This document shows, piece by piece, positions 44,124 to 53,922 of a stretch of 64,000 nucleotides of DNA. The stretch is taken from NCBI GenBank assembly GCA_000004985.1, contig GG738861.1. One strand, written 5' to 3'. A model generated the notes under the pieces. That model was not told the origin of the DNA, did not search any database, and saw only the letters and a program-made list of their open reading frames with translations. Made by a program: the position numbers and the translations under genes. How positions within the stretch are numbered: the first letter of the stretch is position 1; each line of letters begins with the position of its first letter. This stretch comes from Naegleria gruberi (Eukaryota).

Positions 44124-46260
44124 ATGAAGAACAACATGACGATGAAAACAACATCTTCCCAGCAGCTTTCAAAAAATCAAAACTTTCTCCAACAGAGTAA
44201 TCCGCTATTTTTAAAAAAGATAGAATATTTAAAAATGCCCTCTTGTACAGCAGGCAACAACAGCTTGAGCTGCAACAGTAGTACAACAACAACCACGAAC
44301 GAAGCCTCACCTCGACAACACAATGTGATACCTTCAGCAAACTATAATAGTAGTAGGTCCAAGTTGACTATTGTTTCCTCTCTCACACAACAATTAACTC
44401 TTCCATTGAATGGTATTATTGGAAATATTTCGAATAATGGGCATAATGAACACGATGGAGTGAATAAGGAACATTCTCAAACAAAAACAACAACTACAAC
44501 AGTGAACAATACTTCTAATAATAATAATAATAATAATCAACATTCAATTGTTGATGATCATCAACAAAATAATCAACCACAACAACCGAAGGAACATCAA
44601 AATAGAGATTTTACAAAATTAGGACTAAGAATATCAATGGACAAAGTTAATGGATGTGATAATGCTGCCGATGATGAGGTTGCCAATGTAAATAGTTTTA
44701 AACAAAGCCATGTAATTCCGATTGGACAATCGGATAATGATTCGAAATTTTTTGGATCACCATCACAATCACTCTTTGTCTACTCTGATTCTACTGTTTG
44801 TGAGTCGTACAGTAAGAGATTATTGAGTATTAAATCACCTAGATATGGATCGGATTTTAAAATTACAGAGGAGGGAATCAAAATCAAGGGAATGAGTGTA
44901 TTGGAGTATAGAAAGTTTTGCCAACCAGAATCAGTTTCAGTTCCAGTTGGCGATAATAATGTTGTTTCCTCATCGACTACGGTAGCAACATCTCCTTCCG
45001 TTAATTTTCCTCTCAATTTCAATGTATATAGTGTTGATGAGTTTCACAACTTTCCAATGAAAGGTAAGTGTTAAAAGTAGTACCAAATATATTGAAAATT
45101 ACAAATATGGATAGAGCTTGGAAATGGTTCATTTGGAAGTGTATATAGAGTAGCAATTGCTAATCCAAAAACCAATGAAAAACTCTTTTTTGCAGAGAAG
45201 CGAGTAACAGACACCTCGCAAAAACAATTGGATTTAATATTTAAGGAGGTGAAGACTATTTTCGAGTGTGATTCACCTTACCTTGTTAAGTTACACGAAT
45301 GTTTCTACAAGGAATGTACATATTATAGTAAGTTGAAGTTAATTATTTGAATTTGTTACCAATTATTAAAAAAGTGTAAGTATTTAAAGTTCTAATCTCA
45401 AATATAATATATAATAGGATTATGGATTTCATGTCACTAGGATCCCTCCACAAAATGTATACAAATTACAAGAAATATCTAGCTCAAGTAGAAAAGAAGA
45501 ACTACTCAATGCCAGAGCCTGTAATTAGTGTTATTATCAGTAAGACATTGAAAGGTTTGATTTATTTGCATGTTAAAAAACATATCATTCACAGAGATTT
45601 GGTAAGCTTCAATTTTCTTTAACATGTTTACATTTAAAATAATTAAGAAACCAGCAAATATATTAATTGATGACAAGGGATATGTCAAAATTTCAGATTT
45701 TGGACTTGTTGGAATTAAAGAAGGAAGTGAATATTCTAAAAAGTCCCACGACACAGCTCTTACTATATGGGATACATTTACAGGATCTGTTACTTATATG
45801 AGTCCAGAAAGATTGAATAATGAATGTATGTATAATGTTTCATTTACTAATTTTTAATATTATATAGCTTACAGTTATAACAGTGACATTTGGTCAATTG
45901 GTATTATTACAGTGGAACTTTTCCTTGGACAGTAAGTTTTTCAAATGAATTTATTCCAACCACTTTTCTAGTCATCCACTTTCGAATGAGAACTTTTTCA
46001 GTTTGGGATCCATGACAAGGGAGGAAATTCATGATCAATGCATTAAAAAAATTAGGGATGCTGGTGCTAGCGAAGATTTGTGCTCCTTCATTGATACATG
46101 CTTATTGAAATATAAGGATTTAGGTGAGAGACCTGATATTAATGGTATCATTCTTAAACATCCCTTCATTAAGAATCATGAACAGTTCCAATTTAGAAAT
46201 TGGATAAAGAATGAATACATTTCCAAGTTGTACCAAAAATCTTCCCAAAATAAGAATTAA
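44124..46260 (+). CDS. MAP kinase kinase (MEK/STE7)-like protein kinase with N/S/T-rich N-terminal region, ~6 exons (approx 44124..45063, 45115..45327/45331, 45418..45600, 45648..45826, 45875..45931, 45985..46260)
   Basis: Kinase motifs are spread over successive exons: ELGNGSFGSVYRV (Gly loop), AEKRV (VAIK), HVKKHIIHRDLKPANILID, SDFGLVG, GSVTYMSPERL (MAP2K-type activation segment), YSYNSDIWSIG. Exons are linked by GTAAGT/GTATGT...YAG introns. First ATG at 44124 (alternatively 44235). Confidence 0.7.
44517..44538 (+). repeat. (AAT)7 trinucleotide microsatellite encoding a poly-Asn tract within the MEK-like gene's N-terminal low-complexity region
   Basis: Sequence ataataataataataataat at ~44517-44538. 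Translated as NNNNNNN in ORF 44103..45074. Confidence 0.7.
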
Positions 46261-46680
46261 ACACTGTTTAATAAAGTTATGCAATGAGTTGGGAGCAGTT
46301 TGTCCAACACACATGTAATGGTAATCATTGTTTTGGTCAATGACAATTCTGTTATTACACAAGGTTTTTAATGGTTACCATTCTAATAATATGAGTGAAA
46401 TTGCCAAGTTTATTCTTACACAATATTTTCAATACCAACCCTTTCATTTTCTAATTCTTCCTTTAGTTGACTATTAATCTCCAAAGCTCTCTTGTAAGCG
46501 ATTTGAATTTCATTCAGAATTTGTTTTTTTTCTCTTTGTTAATAATGCTGCTCTTGTCTCTACTGTTTTCTCTAAAACATTATCTGATGCTTCTATCACT
46601 AAACCAAGATCTTCGCTTTAATATCAATCAACTCGAGGTTGGCAATGCTAGTTTCCCTTTCCCTCCTCACGACAGGAAGG

Positions 46681-47570
46681 TTAAGACAAACAATAGCACT
46701 TAACATGTTTTTTAGTGGTGAAACCTTCTAATGCTCTTGGAACCCAAGCATCGATTGGAGATGAAACTCTTTTATTGAGCCAGAGTTTATCACCTTTGAA
46801 AGATTTTTGCATTAGGTTAAAATAACAAATGCAGTGGGGAGAATTGACGTTTTCATTGGGAGCAGAAACTCCCAGCGTTAAATATCTACTATTCGAATCT
46901 TGGAGTTGTTCAATTCTTGAAAGAAGAAGCTGAGCAAGTAATTGGATCTTTTCTTGATTACTTGAGAGAATTAGCAAGCAAAAAGCACCAAGAGGAATGT
47001 TGACAGCCATTTTCTTATTACCTTCATCCTTTAGAATGGCATTTCCACTTGCAAACTGATTATCCTACATATTCGAGAGAGAAACGCACACTCTTCATAC
47101 GATCCAACATGCCAATGAAATGCACTTCCCTTAATATGTCCATAGAAAGTTGACCTTTCATTAGCCAATGAAAATTCATGTAATAGCACGACAAGTTGAG
47201 TGAGATGTTGGAATGAGAATTTAGATGTGTCGAATTGAGAATAGATACTTCTTTCAAATTCTGATCTTGGATCTAACGTGCTTCTTCGTCTTAATCTTCC
47301 AACTTTGGAAATTCTTGGAATTGATTTGGAGAAATATTTGAATAATTCGAAATGATAACAGAAAAGTTGGCCCGAATGTTGGATAAAACTATCCTTGCAA
47401 ATGAATAAATCACTTTCCCATTTGAAAAAATCAGAAAGGAATAGTCCATTAAACATTCCCTTCCAGATACAATCATTTTCAAGAATGAAAGATTGGAAGA
47501 CTTGGATACTAGTTGAGTAATAAATCTGGAGGAGGAATGAAGGAGAGAATAATGCAAATTTCCTGATCAC
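46681..47570 (-). CDS. Unresolved (probably multi-exon) protein-coding locus; domain not recognised
   Basis: Two adjacent minus-strand ORFs (47031..47570, 46681..47010) have protein-like composition (W/C/H/D present) but incompatible frames across a 20-nt gap. The + strand has only low-complexity junk ORFs. Exon structure could not be solved by eye. Confidence 0.3.
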
Positions 47571-47817
47571 ACAATTTTGAGAGATTCATTTCGAATAGTT
47601 TTTTTCAAAACATAACTTAAAGTTCAACAATGTATGTAATATATTAATTTTCATCAAACTTGAACACTGAACACTAGCTATTCCAATATTAATGAAAATC
47701 AACTGTTAATCCAAATTCAAAGTAACCCAAACAAATTTTCATGTTTCCCGCCAAATACAATCTATCCAAATTTAAAAACACTTCCAGTAAAAATTAGAAG
47801 TGTAACAAGAAAAAAAA

Positions 47818-50742
47818 ATGCCCAACAATAACCAGGCATCATCTTCATCACAACAGACGATTCCAATCGGAAGAACACTCAATCCGGAGATGATTGCTTG
47901 TCTGGAGGAGGAACTACAAAGATGCTCCAAAAACACAAGGAATAATGGTGCCAAGCATTATGTTTTGGGGTTACGGAAGGCAATATCTTCCTTGGAAAAG
48001 TATCCAAAGAAATTGTATAATGGAAATGAAGCTAAAACTCTGAAGGGAATTGGAGATAAGATGGCCTATAGAATTGATAAATATTTGAAGGATAATAATA
48101 TTGATTTGGGGACTCCACCTCCGAATGCTGGAAATAATAGTAATCATAATAATAATAATGGAGGTGAAACAGATGGACAATCTGTGTCACAAGATGAATC
48201 GAATAATGATCAAACAGCAAAGAAGAGGAAAAGAACAAATAGAAAATACATTCCGAAATTTAAAACTGCTGCCTGGGCGATTATGATATCACTGTACAGA
48301 CATATTAAGAGTAGTGAAAAGGATTATGCTACAAAAACACAATTGATTGCTCTATGTGAAACACTGACTGATGTACCTATGGAACAATCAACCAATGCAT
48401 CTAAATATACTGGCTGGAGCTCAATGAAAACTCTAATGGAAAAAGAATTGATAACCTCAGAGAAGAAGGGAAGATCGAATGGTTTCATGCTCACTCCTAG
48501 AGGTAGAAAACTGGCAAGAAAACTTCACACAGCTGAGAAGGAAGTATCTGAACTTGAGTTTGAATGGGAAGAATCAGAGGAGGAAATGTCATCTGAAGAG
48601 GAACCAGAAGAACCAAAAGAAAAACCAAAAAAGAAAAAGAAACAACCAGTTAGCTCAGCAGAATCAGAGTCTCTTTCAAACTTTGAAGCAAGTCAATCCA
48701 GCCAACAATCAGACAGTGAAATAATTAGTCGTAGTTATGATTCCGATCCAGAGCTATGTGAAGATATATTCACTCAACTTGGATTTTCACAAAGAAAAAA
48801 CAATCCACCATCAATAACCAATGAACTCTCTCAATCATCACAAACAAGCTATAGTGAGCTTAGTGATGACGATGATGATATTCTACTCCACGAGAAAGAC
48901 GCCTCCCCAAAGCCCTCCATATCATCCAATACTTCATCTCAGAATCCTGTATATATGATCCTTTCAGATGATGAAGATGAGGATGTTGCATTTGATTATA
49001 GTAAGCTTCCTCTCAAATTCAGCTATATGGACAAACTAGATAAACCGGTCAATCGAATAGAGGATGCCAAGTTTCATTTCAGTACTTCAGCTGGTGAAAT
49101 AAGAATCAAGGTTCTACTCAAAAGTCCTTTGAAAAATGAAGAGACCCTTGCTGATCTATTTGATGAAATAATCGAAAAGAAGCGTGTAAATAATGAACTA
49201 ACAGTCACTGGCTTCATAAAGGAGTCGAGATGTGTACCTTATGCGAGCAATTTAGCTAAAAATCTGATTATTGATCCAGCTATTTTCAAATTCTATTCAA
49301 CAAATGAGATTGAGAACACTAGCAACAAGAAGAAATCATCAAAGGATAATATCAGTAGTGCTACCATATTTAATACAGATTTACAGACATGTAATCCTAT
49401 TGAGCGCGCACCATCCAGAGCCATCCAGCCATCCAAGCCAACCGTTGTACCTCTCGATATTGAACTAAGTGATGACGAAGATGTAACACTTGAGAAACCA
49501 GTCACTCAGAAAAAAACAAAGAAAAAGAAACACCTAGCCGAATCTTCAGAACCCTCTTCCTCCCAACAACAAACACAATATCGACCAGCAATTCCTGTGC
49601 CTAGACCAAGAGAAATGATGAGATCTATAGATTTTTCAATGCCACCACCATCCTTTGTTCCAGCCAGAAGTCTTGTTACTAACAACCAAATTAGCTCGTC
49701 CTCTACCTCCACAGCAAGTACATCAAGTAGTTCTCAATCCATACCGAATAGCACCCAAATTACCACCTCTAACCACATACCAACGAATCCAGTAATTCTC
49801 CAATCCAATAGACAACCCAAGACAATTGTAAACCTAAAGAGCTTTTTAGAAAATCCAGAACCTAATCCCTCCTTCGCCTTTTCAGCTGCTGACAGCAATA
49901 CTACCTCCACAAAATCAAATGATTTACCAAAAGTACCTTACAAGATTCACCTTATTATAGATCAAAGAGAGAGAACAGGACATAATGATAGAAAATCATT
50001 CTGTGACACACTTAAAAAACGAGGTGTAGATGCACTGATTTCACAACTTGGAATGGGAGATGTTATTTGGACACTCACAACTGAAGAGAGATCATATGTG
50101 TTGAATTATGTTTTGGAGAGAAAGGATATTAATGATCTAGCTGGAAGTATTAAGGATGGAAGATATAAGGAACAAAAATTCAGAATGAACAATTCTAATT
50201 GTTCCAATATTTTTTATTTGATTGAAAGAGGTTTCAAACACCAAGATCAACTCTCTCAGTCTTCACTTGAAACCTCCATTAGAAAGATTTTAACAGATGG
50301 CATTTGTGTAAAACATACTGCATCATTGGAAGCATCCATTAATTTTCTTGTCATCATGAACTCTCTCATTATAGAATTAGTTGAAAGAGATGGCCTTACA
50401 CCACACCAACTACTCATTCCACACGAAATTACTGGCGAAATGTACAATCCCTCACTCGAACAGTACAATGTTCTTTTCAAAAAGAATAATGACATTTCCA
50501 AGAATGAATTATTTGGCAGACAGCTCACTACCATCCAAGGTGTATCCTCTCAAATAGCAGAATCAATCATTAAGAAACATCCAACACCAACCTCCCTGTG
50601 TCAAGTCTTTCTGGACTCATCAACACCTCATGACCTGGCTCTGAAAAACTTTGCCATCGAATCATCAGTTGAAGGTGTTTGCACTCGTAAAATTGGAGCG
50701 AAACTCTCCCAGAAAATTTATCAATACTTTTTCCAAGATTAA
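47818..50742 (+). CDS. MUS81: Crossover junction endonuclease MUS81 (ERCC4/XPF-family nuclease), 974 aa, intronless
   Basis: N-terminal Mus81 helix-hairpin-helix region (LRKAISSLEKYPKKLYNGNEAKTLKGIGDKMAYRID). ERCC4 nuclease domain with the ERK motif region (IDQRERTGHND...GDVIWTL...VLERKDINDLAGSIKDGRY). C-terminal HhH2. Acidic S-rich linker. Confidence 0.85.
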   Translation: MPNNNQASSSSQQTIPIGRTLNPEMIACLEEELQRCSKNTRNNGAKHYVLGLRKAISSLEKYPKKLYNGNEAKTLKGIGDKMAYRIDKYLKDNNIDLGTPPPNAGNNSNHNNNNGGETDGQSVSQDESNNDQTAKKRKRTNRKYIPKFKTAAWAIMISLYRHIKSSEKDYATKTQLIALCETLTDVPMEQSTNASKYTGWSSMKTLMEKELITSEKKGRSNGFMLTPRGRKLARKLHTAEKEVSELEFEWEESEEEMSSEEEPEEPKEKPKKKKKQPVSSAESESLSNFEASQSSQQSDSEIISRSYDSDPELCEDIFTQLGFSQRKNNPPSITNELSQSSQTSYSELSDDDDDILLHEKDASPKPSISSNTSSQNPVYMILSDDEDEDVAFDYSKLPLKFSYMDKLDKPVNRIEDAKFHFSTSAGEIRIKVLLKSPLKNEETLADLFDEIIEKKRVNNELTVTGFIKESRCVPYASNLAKNLIIDPAIFKFYSTNEIENTSNKKKSSKDNISSATIFNTDLQTCNPIERAPSRAIQPSKPTVVPLDIELSDDEDVTLEKPVTQKKTKKKKHLAESSEPSSSQQQTQYRPAIPVPRPREMMRSIDFSMPPPSFVPARSLVTNNQISSSSTSTASTSSSSQSIPNSTQITTSNHIPTNPVILQSNRQPKTIVNLKSFLENPEPNPSFAFSAADSNTTSTKSNDLPKVPYKIHLIIDQRERTGHNDRKSFCDTLKKRGVDALISQLGMGDVIWTLTTEERSYVLNYVLERKDINDLAGSIKDGRYKEQKFRMNNSNCSNIFYLIERGFKHQDQLSQSSLETSIRKILTDGICVKHTASLEASINFLVIMNSLIIELVERDGLTPHQLLIPHEITGEMYNPSLEQYNVLFKKNNDISKNELFGRQLTTIQGVSSQIAESIIKKHPTPTSLCQVFLDSSTPHDLALKNFAIESSVEGVCTRKIGAKLSQKIYQYFFQD

Positions 50743-50899
50743 ACAGTATTCAAATTATTCAGATTCCATATTATTCCAACCCAGTCATTCTCTCCATCAT
50801 GGTGAATTTTTAAATTTATTATCATCATAGCATCGGAAGAAAATTATTGCAATGTGATTCATCAATTTGTTTGATTTTTAAAAATTGAAGTAGAAAAAA

Positions 50900-52714
50900 A
50901 TGACCCAAACATCATCAACACCATCCAAACTCAAGAACTTGTTGAAGAAGGTGAAAGCAAAGGCTGAAGAAGAACCTTCAACAACAACAACTTCTGAAGA
51001 AGCCACCAAGAATGTAGTAGTTGAAGAAACCAAGAATATTGAAGAAAATGAATCATCCCGAGAAGAACCAACAACAACAACTACTAACGAATCAAAATCA
51101 AGTGATAATAATGATTACTATAAGAGCTATGGATATACTATTGAAGATACAGCAGTTTCATCAAAAACATCAACCACTTCATCTTTTTTAACCAATGTAC
51201 ACATTAACAAACTTGCTTTATGCGAACCACTCACAAAAGCATTGTCAAATGAAGATTCTGGACTTTCCTTTGAATATATGACACCTATCCAAGCTCGTTC
51301 TATTCCAATTGCTTTGGCAGGTAAGGATTTACTTGCTCAAGCTAAAACTGGTAGTGGTAAAACATTGGCATTCCTTTTGCCATGTTTAGAGTTATTATAC
51401 AGAGCTGAATTTAAACCTAGAAATGGTACAGGAGTTATTATTTTGAGTCCAACTAGAGAATTGGCTATTCAAACCTATGCTGTTTGTAAATCATTAATGA
51501 CATTTATGAAACAAACTCATTGTTTGTTGATTGGTGGTCAATCTAAACATCAAGAAGGAGAAAAACTTGTTAAGGGTTGTAATATTGTCATTGCCACTCC
51601 AGGTAGATTGTTGGATCACTTACTTCACACAAAAGGATTTGTTTATTCTAATTTGATTTCACTTGTTTTGGATGAAGCTGATAGAATGTTGGATGATGGT
51701 TTTGAGGAAGAATTGAAAGCTATTGTTAAATTATTACCAACTAAAGGAAGACAAACTCTCTTATTCAGTGCCACTCAAACAACAAAGGTCGCTGATATTG
51801 CCAGAGTTAGTATTAAAAGAGATCCAGTTTTTGTTGGAATTGAAGATTTGAATAAGATTACCAAGACTGAAGAAACTGAAGAATATTCAACTGCTACAAA
51901 TTTGGAACAAGGATATGTTGTTGTTCCAGCAAGTGAAAAATTTGTTCTCCTCTATTCATTCCTTAAAAAGACAATGGCAACAACTCCTGGAAAGAAGGGA
52001 AAGAAGATTATCGTCTTTTTCAGTAGTTGTGCTGCTGTTAAATATTATTCAGAATTATTGAACTATATTAACGTTTCAGTGACACCTCTCCATGGTAAAA
52101 TGAAGCAAAATAAGAGAACACAAGCATTTATGAACTTTTGTGGTGCTGAAAGTGGTGTGTTACTTTCCACTGATGTTGCTGCTAGAGGTTTGGATATTCC
52201 AAAGGTTGACTGGATTGTTCAATATGATCCACCAGAAGCTCCAAAAGAATATATTCACCGTGTTGGTCGTACTGCTCGTGCTGGAAATGTTGGACGTGCT
52301 TTGCTCTTCCTCCTTCCATCTGAAACAGGATTTTTGAAATATTTGAGTGAATCAAACATTCCATTGAATGAATTGGATTTCCCTCGAACAAAGATGTCAA
52401 ATATTCAAGATCAACTCGAAAAGATTATTTCTTCCAATTACTATTTATTCAAGAATGCTGAAGAAGCATTCAAAGGTTTTATCAAATCGTATGCTTCACA
52501 TCCATTGAAGGATATTTTCTCATTCCAATTATTAGATGTTGCTGGTATTACCAAATCATTTGGTCTCAAGAATACTCCATATGTGGATTTGAAGAGTTTA
52601 GAAGTTGGTGCTTCAAGTGCCATTGAAAAGAAGAGAAAGAGCGACAATAAGTGGATTAAGAGTGGTGTTTCTCAAAAGAAGAAGGAAGATAAAAAGAAGA
52701 GAAAGACTGAATAA
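50900..52714 (+). CDS. DDX18: DEAD-box ATP-dependent RNA helicase (Has1/DDX18-like), 604 aa
   Basis: Q motif (FEYMTPIQARSIP). Motif I AKTGSGKTLAFLLP. Ib/PTRELA (SPTRELAIQ). DEAD (LVLDEADRMLD). SAT. Motif VI HRVGRTARAG. K-rich C-terminus typical of the Has1 subfamily. Confidence 0.9.
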   Translation: MTQTSSTPSKLKNLLKKVKAKAEEEPSTTTTSEEATKNVVVEETKNIEENESSREEPTTTTTNESKSSDNNDYYKSYGYTIEDTAVSSKTSTTSSFLTNVHINKLALCEPLTKALSNEDSGLSFEYMTPIQARSIPIALAGKDLLAQAKTGSGKTLAFLLPCLELLYRAEFKPRNGTGVIILSPTRELAIQTYAVCKSLMTFMKQTHCLLIGGQSKHQEGEKLVKGCNIVIATPGRLLDHLLHTKGFVYSNLISLVLDEADRMLDDGFEEELKAIVKLLPTKGRQTLLFSATQTTKVADIARVSIKRDPVFVGIEDLNKITKTEETEEYSTATNLEQGYVVVPASEKFVLLYSFLKKTMATTPGKKGKKIIVFFSSCAAVKYYSELLNYINVSVTPLHGKMKQNKRTQAFMNFCGAESGVLLSTDVAARGLDIPKVDWIVQYDPPEAPKEYIHRVGRTARAGNVGRALLFLLPSETGFLKYLSESNIPLNELDFPRTKMSNIQDQLEKIISSNYYLFKNAEEAFKGFIKSYASHPLKDIFSFQLLDVAGITKSFGLKNTPYVDLKSLEVGASSAIEKKRKSDNKWIKSGVSQKKKEDKKKRKTE

Positions 52715-52876
52715 ATCTTATATAAGATTCTTTCAAGATGAATTTTGATCTTTTTGTAATTTTTCACACCTGACTTTAAAAACATGTGATGACATAAATA
52801 GTGATCCAATACTTTCTTGATTAAATAACAACAAATATTAATATTCAAACAATAATGAAATAAATTAACAATCTAT

Positions 52877-53656
52877 TTAAAATCTCTTCTTATTTTCCGA
52901 CCATTCCACACTCAACAACAAGTGGTTCAAACTGAATCTTTCGAATTTTTCGATAGCTTCTTCAGCTTCTTCGACTGTGCTATATGTGATGAGAGCAAAA
53001 CCTCTATTTCTTCCTCTGTCTCCAGGAACGAAAACTTTGATAATTCTACCAACTTGACCGAACAAGAGTCTCAAATCTTGTTCTGTTGCCTTTACATCAA
53101 GATTACTAACCTTGATTGTTGTATTGACTTCACTATCGGTACGACCACCTCCGAATCCTCCTGTTGTTCTATTCTTCATACTTGGTGGAACGTAGGCATT
53201 AGAGCTTGGAGCCTTAAGTTTGTTTTCATCTTCTTCGGTATTTTCTGGTGTAGTTTCTTGTTCAGTTGCTTCTGTAGCTTCTTTGGCCAATTGCATTTGA
53301 ATTCTGTTGAGTAAGACTTCTTGTTCATCCATTGCTGTTTGTGTGGTTGTTGTAGACTTCTTATTATTTGTATATTCAAAGTGAATTGGTTCTCCTACTG
53401 ATGTAACATCAGGTAAAAGTCCAGCTTGTCCAGCTTGTCCAAACTTCTTCCATTTACGACGTTCTTCAACAATTGGAATATTCTTCTTTTGTACTTTAAC
53501 AGTTTTAACTTTCTTTGTGATTCTAACTTTCTTTCCGTCTTTTATCTTTTCTTCAACAATTGTTTTTATTCCATTTTCTTCGCTGACTTGAACAATGGTG
53601 CCGTCTTGTTCTTCTTGTTGGTCGGCCCAGGATTTGTTTGATGATGTTGCGAGCAT
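52877..53656 (-). CDS. EIF3G: Eukaryotic translation initiation factor 3 subunit G (eIF3g), 259 aa
   Basis: C-terminal RRM with RNP motifs (IKVSNLDVKATEQDLRLLFGQVGRIIKVFV, RGFALITY). N-terminal eIF3g-type segment (KVRITKKVKTVKVQKK...VEERRKWKKFGQAG). Confidence 0.8.
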   Translation of the reverse strand: MLATSSNKSWADQQEEQDGTIVQVSEENGIKTIVEEKIKDGKKVRITKKVKTVKVQKKNIPIVEERRKWKKFGQAGQAGLLPDVTSVGEPIHFEYTNNKKSTTTTQTAMDEQEVLLNRIQMQLAKEATEATEQETTPENTEEDENKLKAPSSNAYVPPSMKNRTTGGFGGGRTDSEVNTTIKVSNLDVKATEQDLRLLFGQVGRIIKVFVPGDRGRNRGFALITYSTVEEAEEAIEKFERFSLNHLLLSVEWSENKKRF

Positions 53657-53922
53657 ATTTTTTAAAGATTCAAAAATAAAATATTTTTATTTAAATTTAT
53701 CTTTTTTCAAACAACTCAATGATGGAATTGATATCAAGCCATTATTATTATTAATAATAAGAATACAAAATCACTCAAGATTGAATTTTTTAATATTCCA
53801 TCCAGATCGAAATAAACTATTTGATCATCGTCCGATTACTTGAATTTCATCAATTTTTAATAATAAAAAAAATTTCAAAGCCTAATTTCTTCAAAAGCTT
53901 CAAATAATTGATAGAAGAGAGA

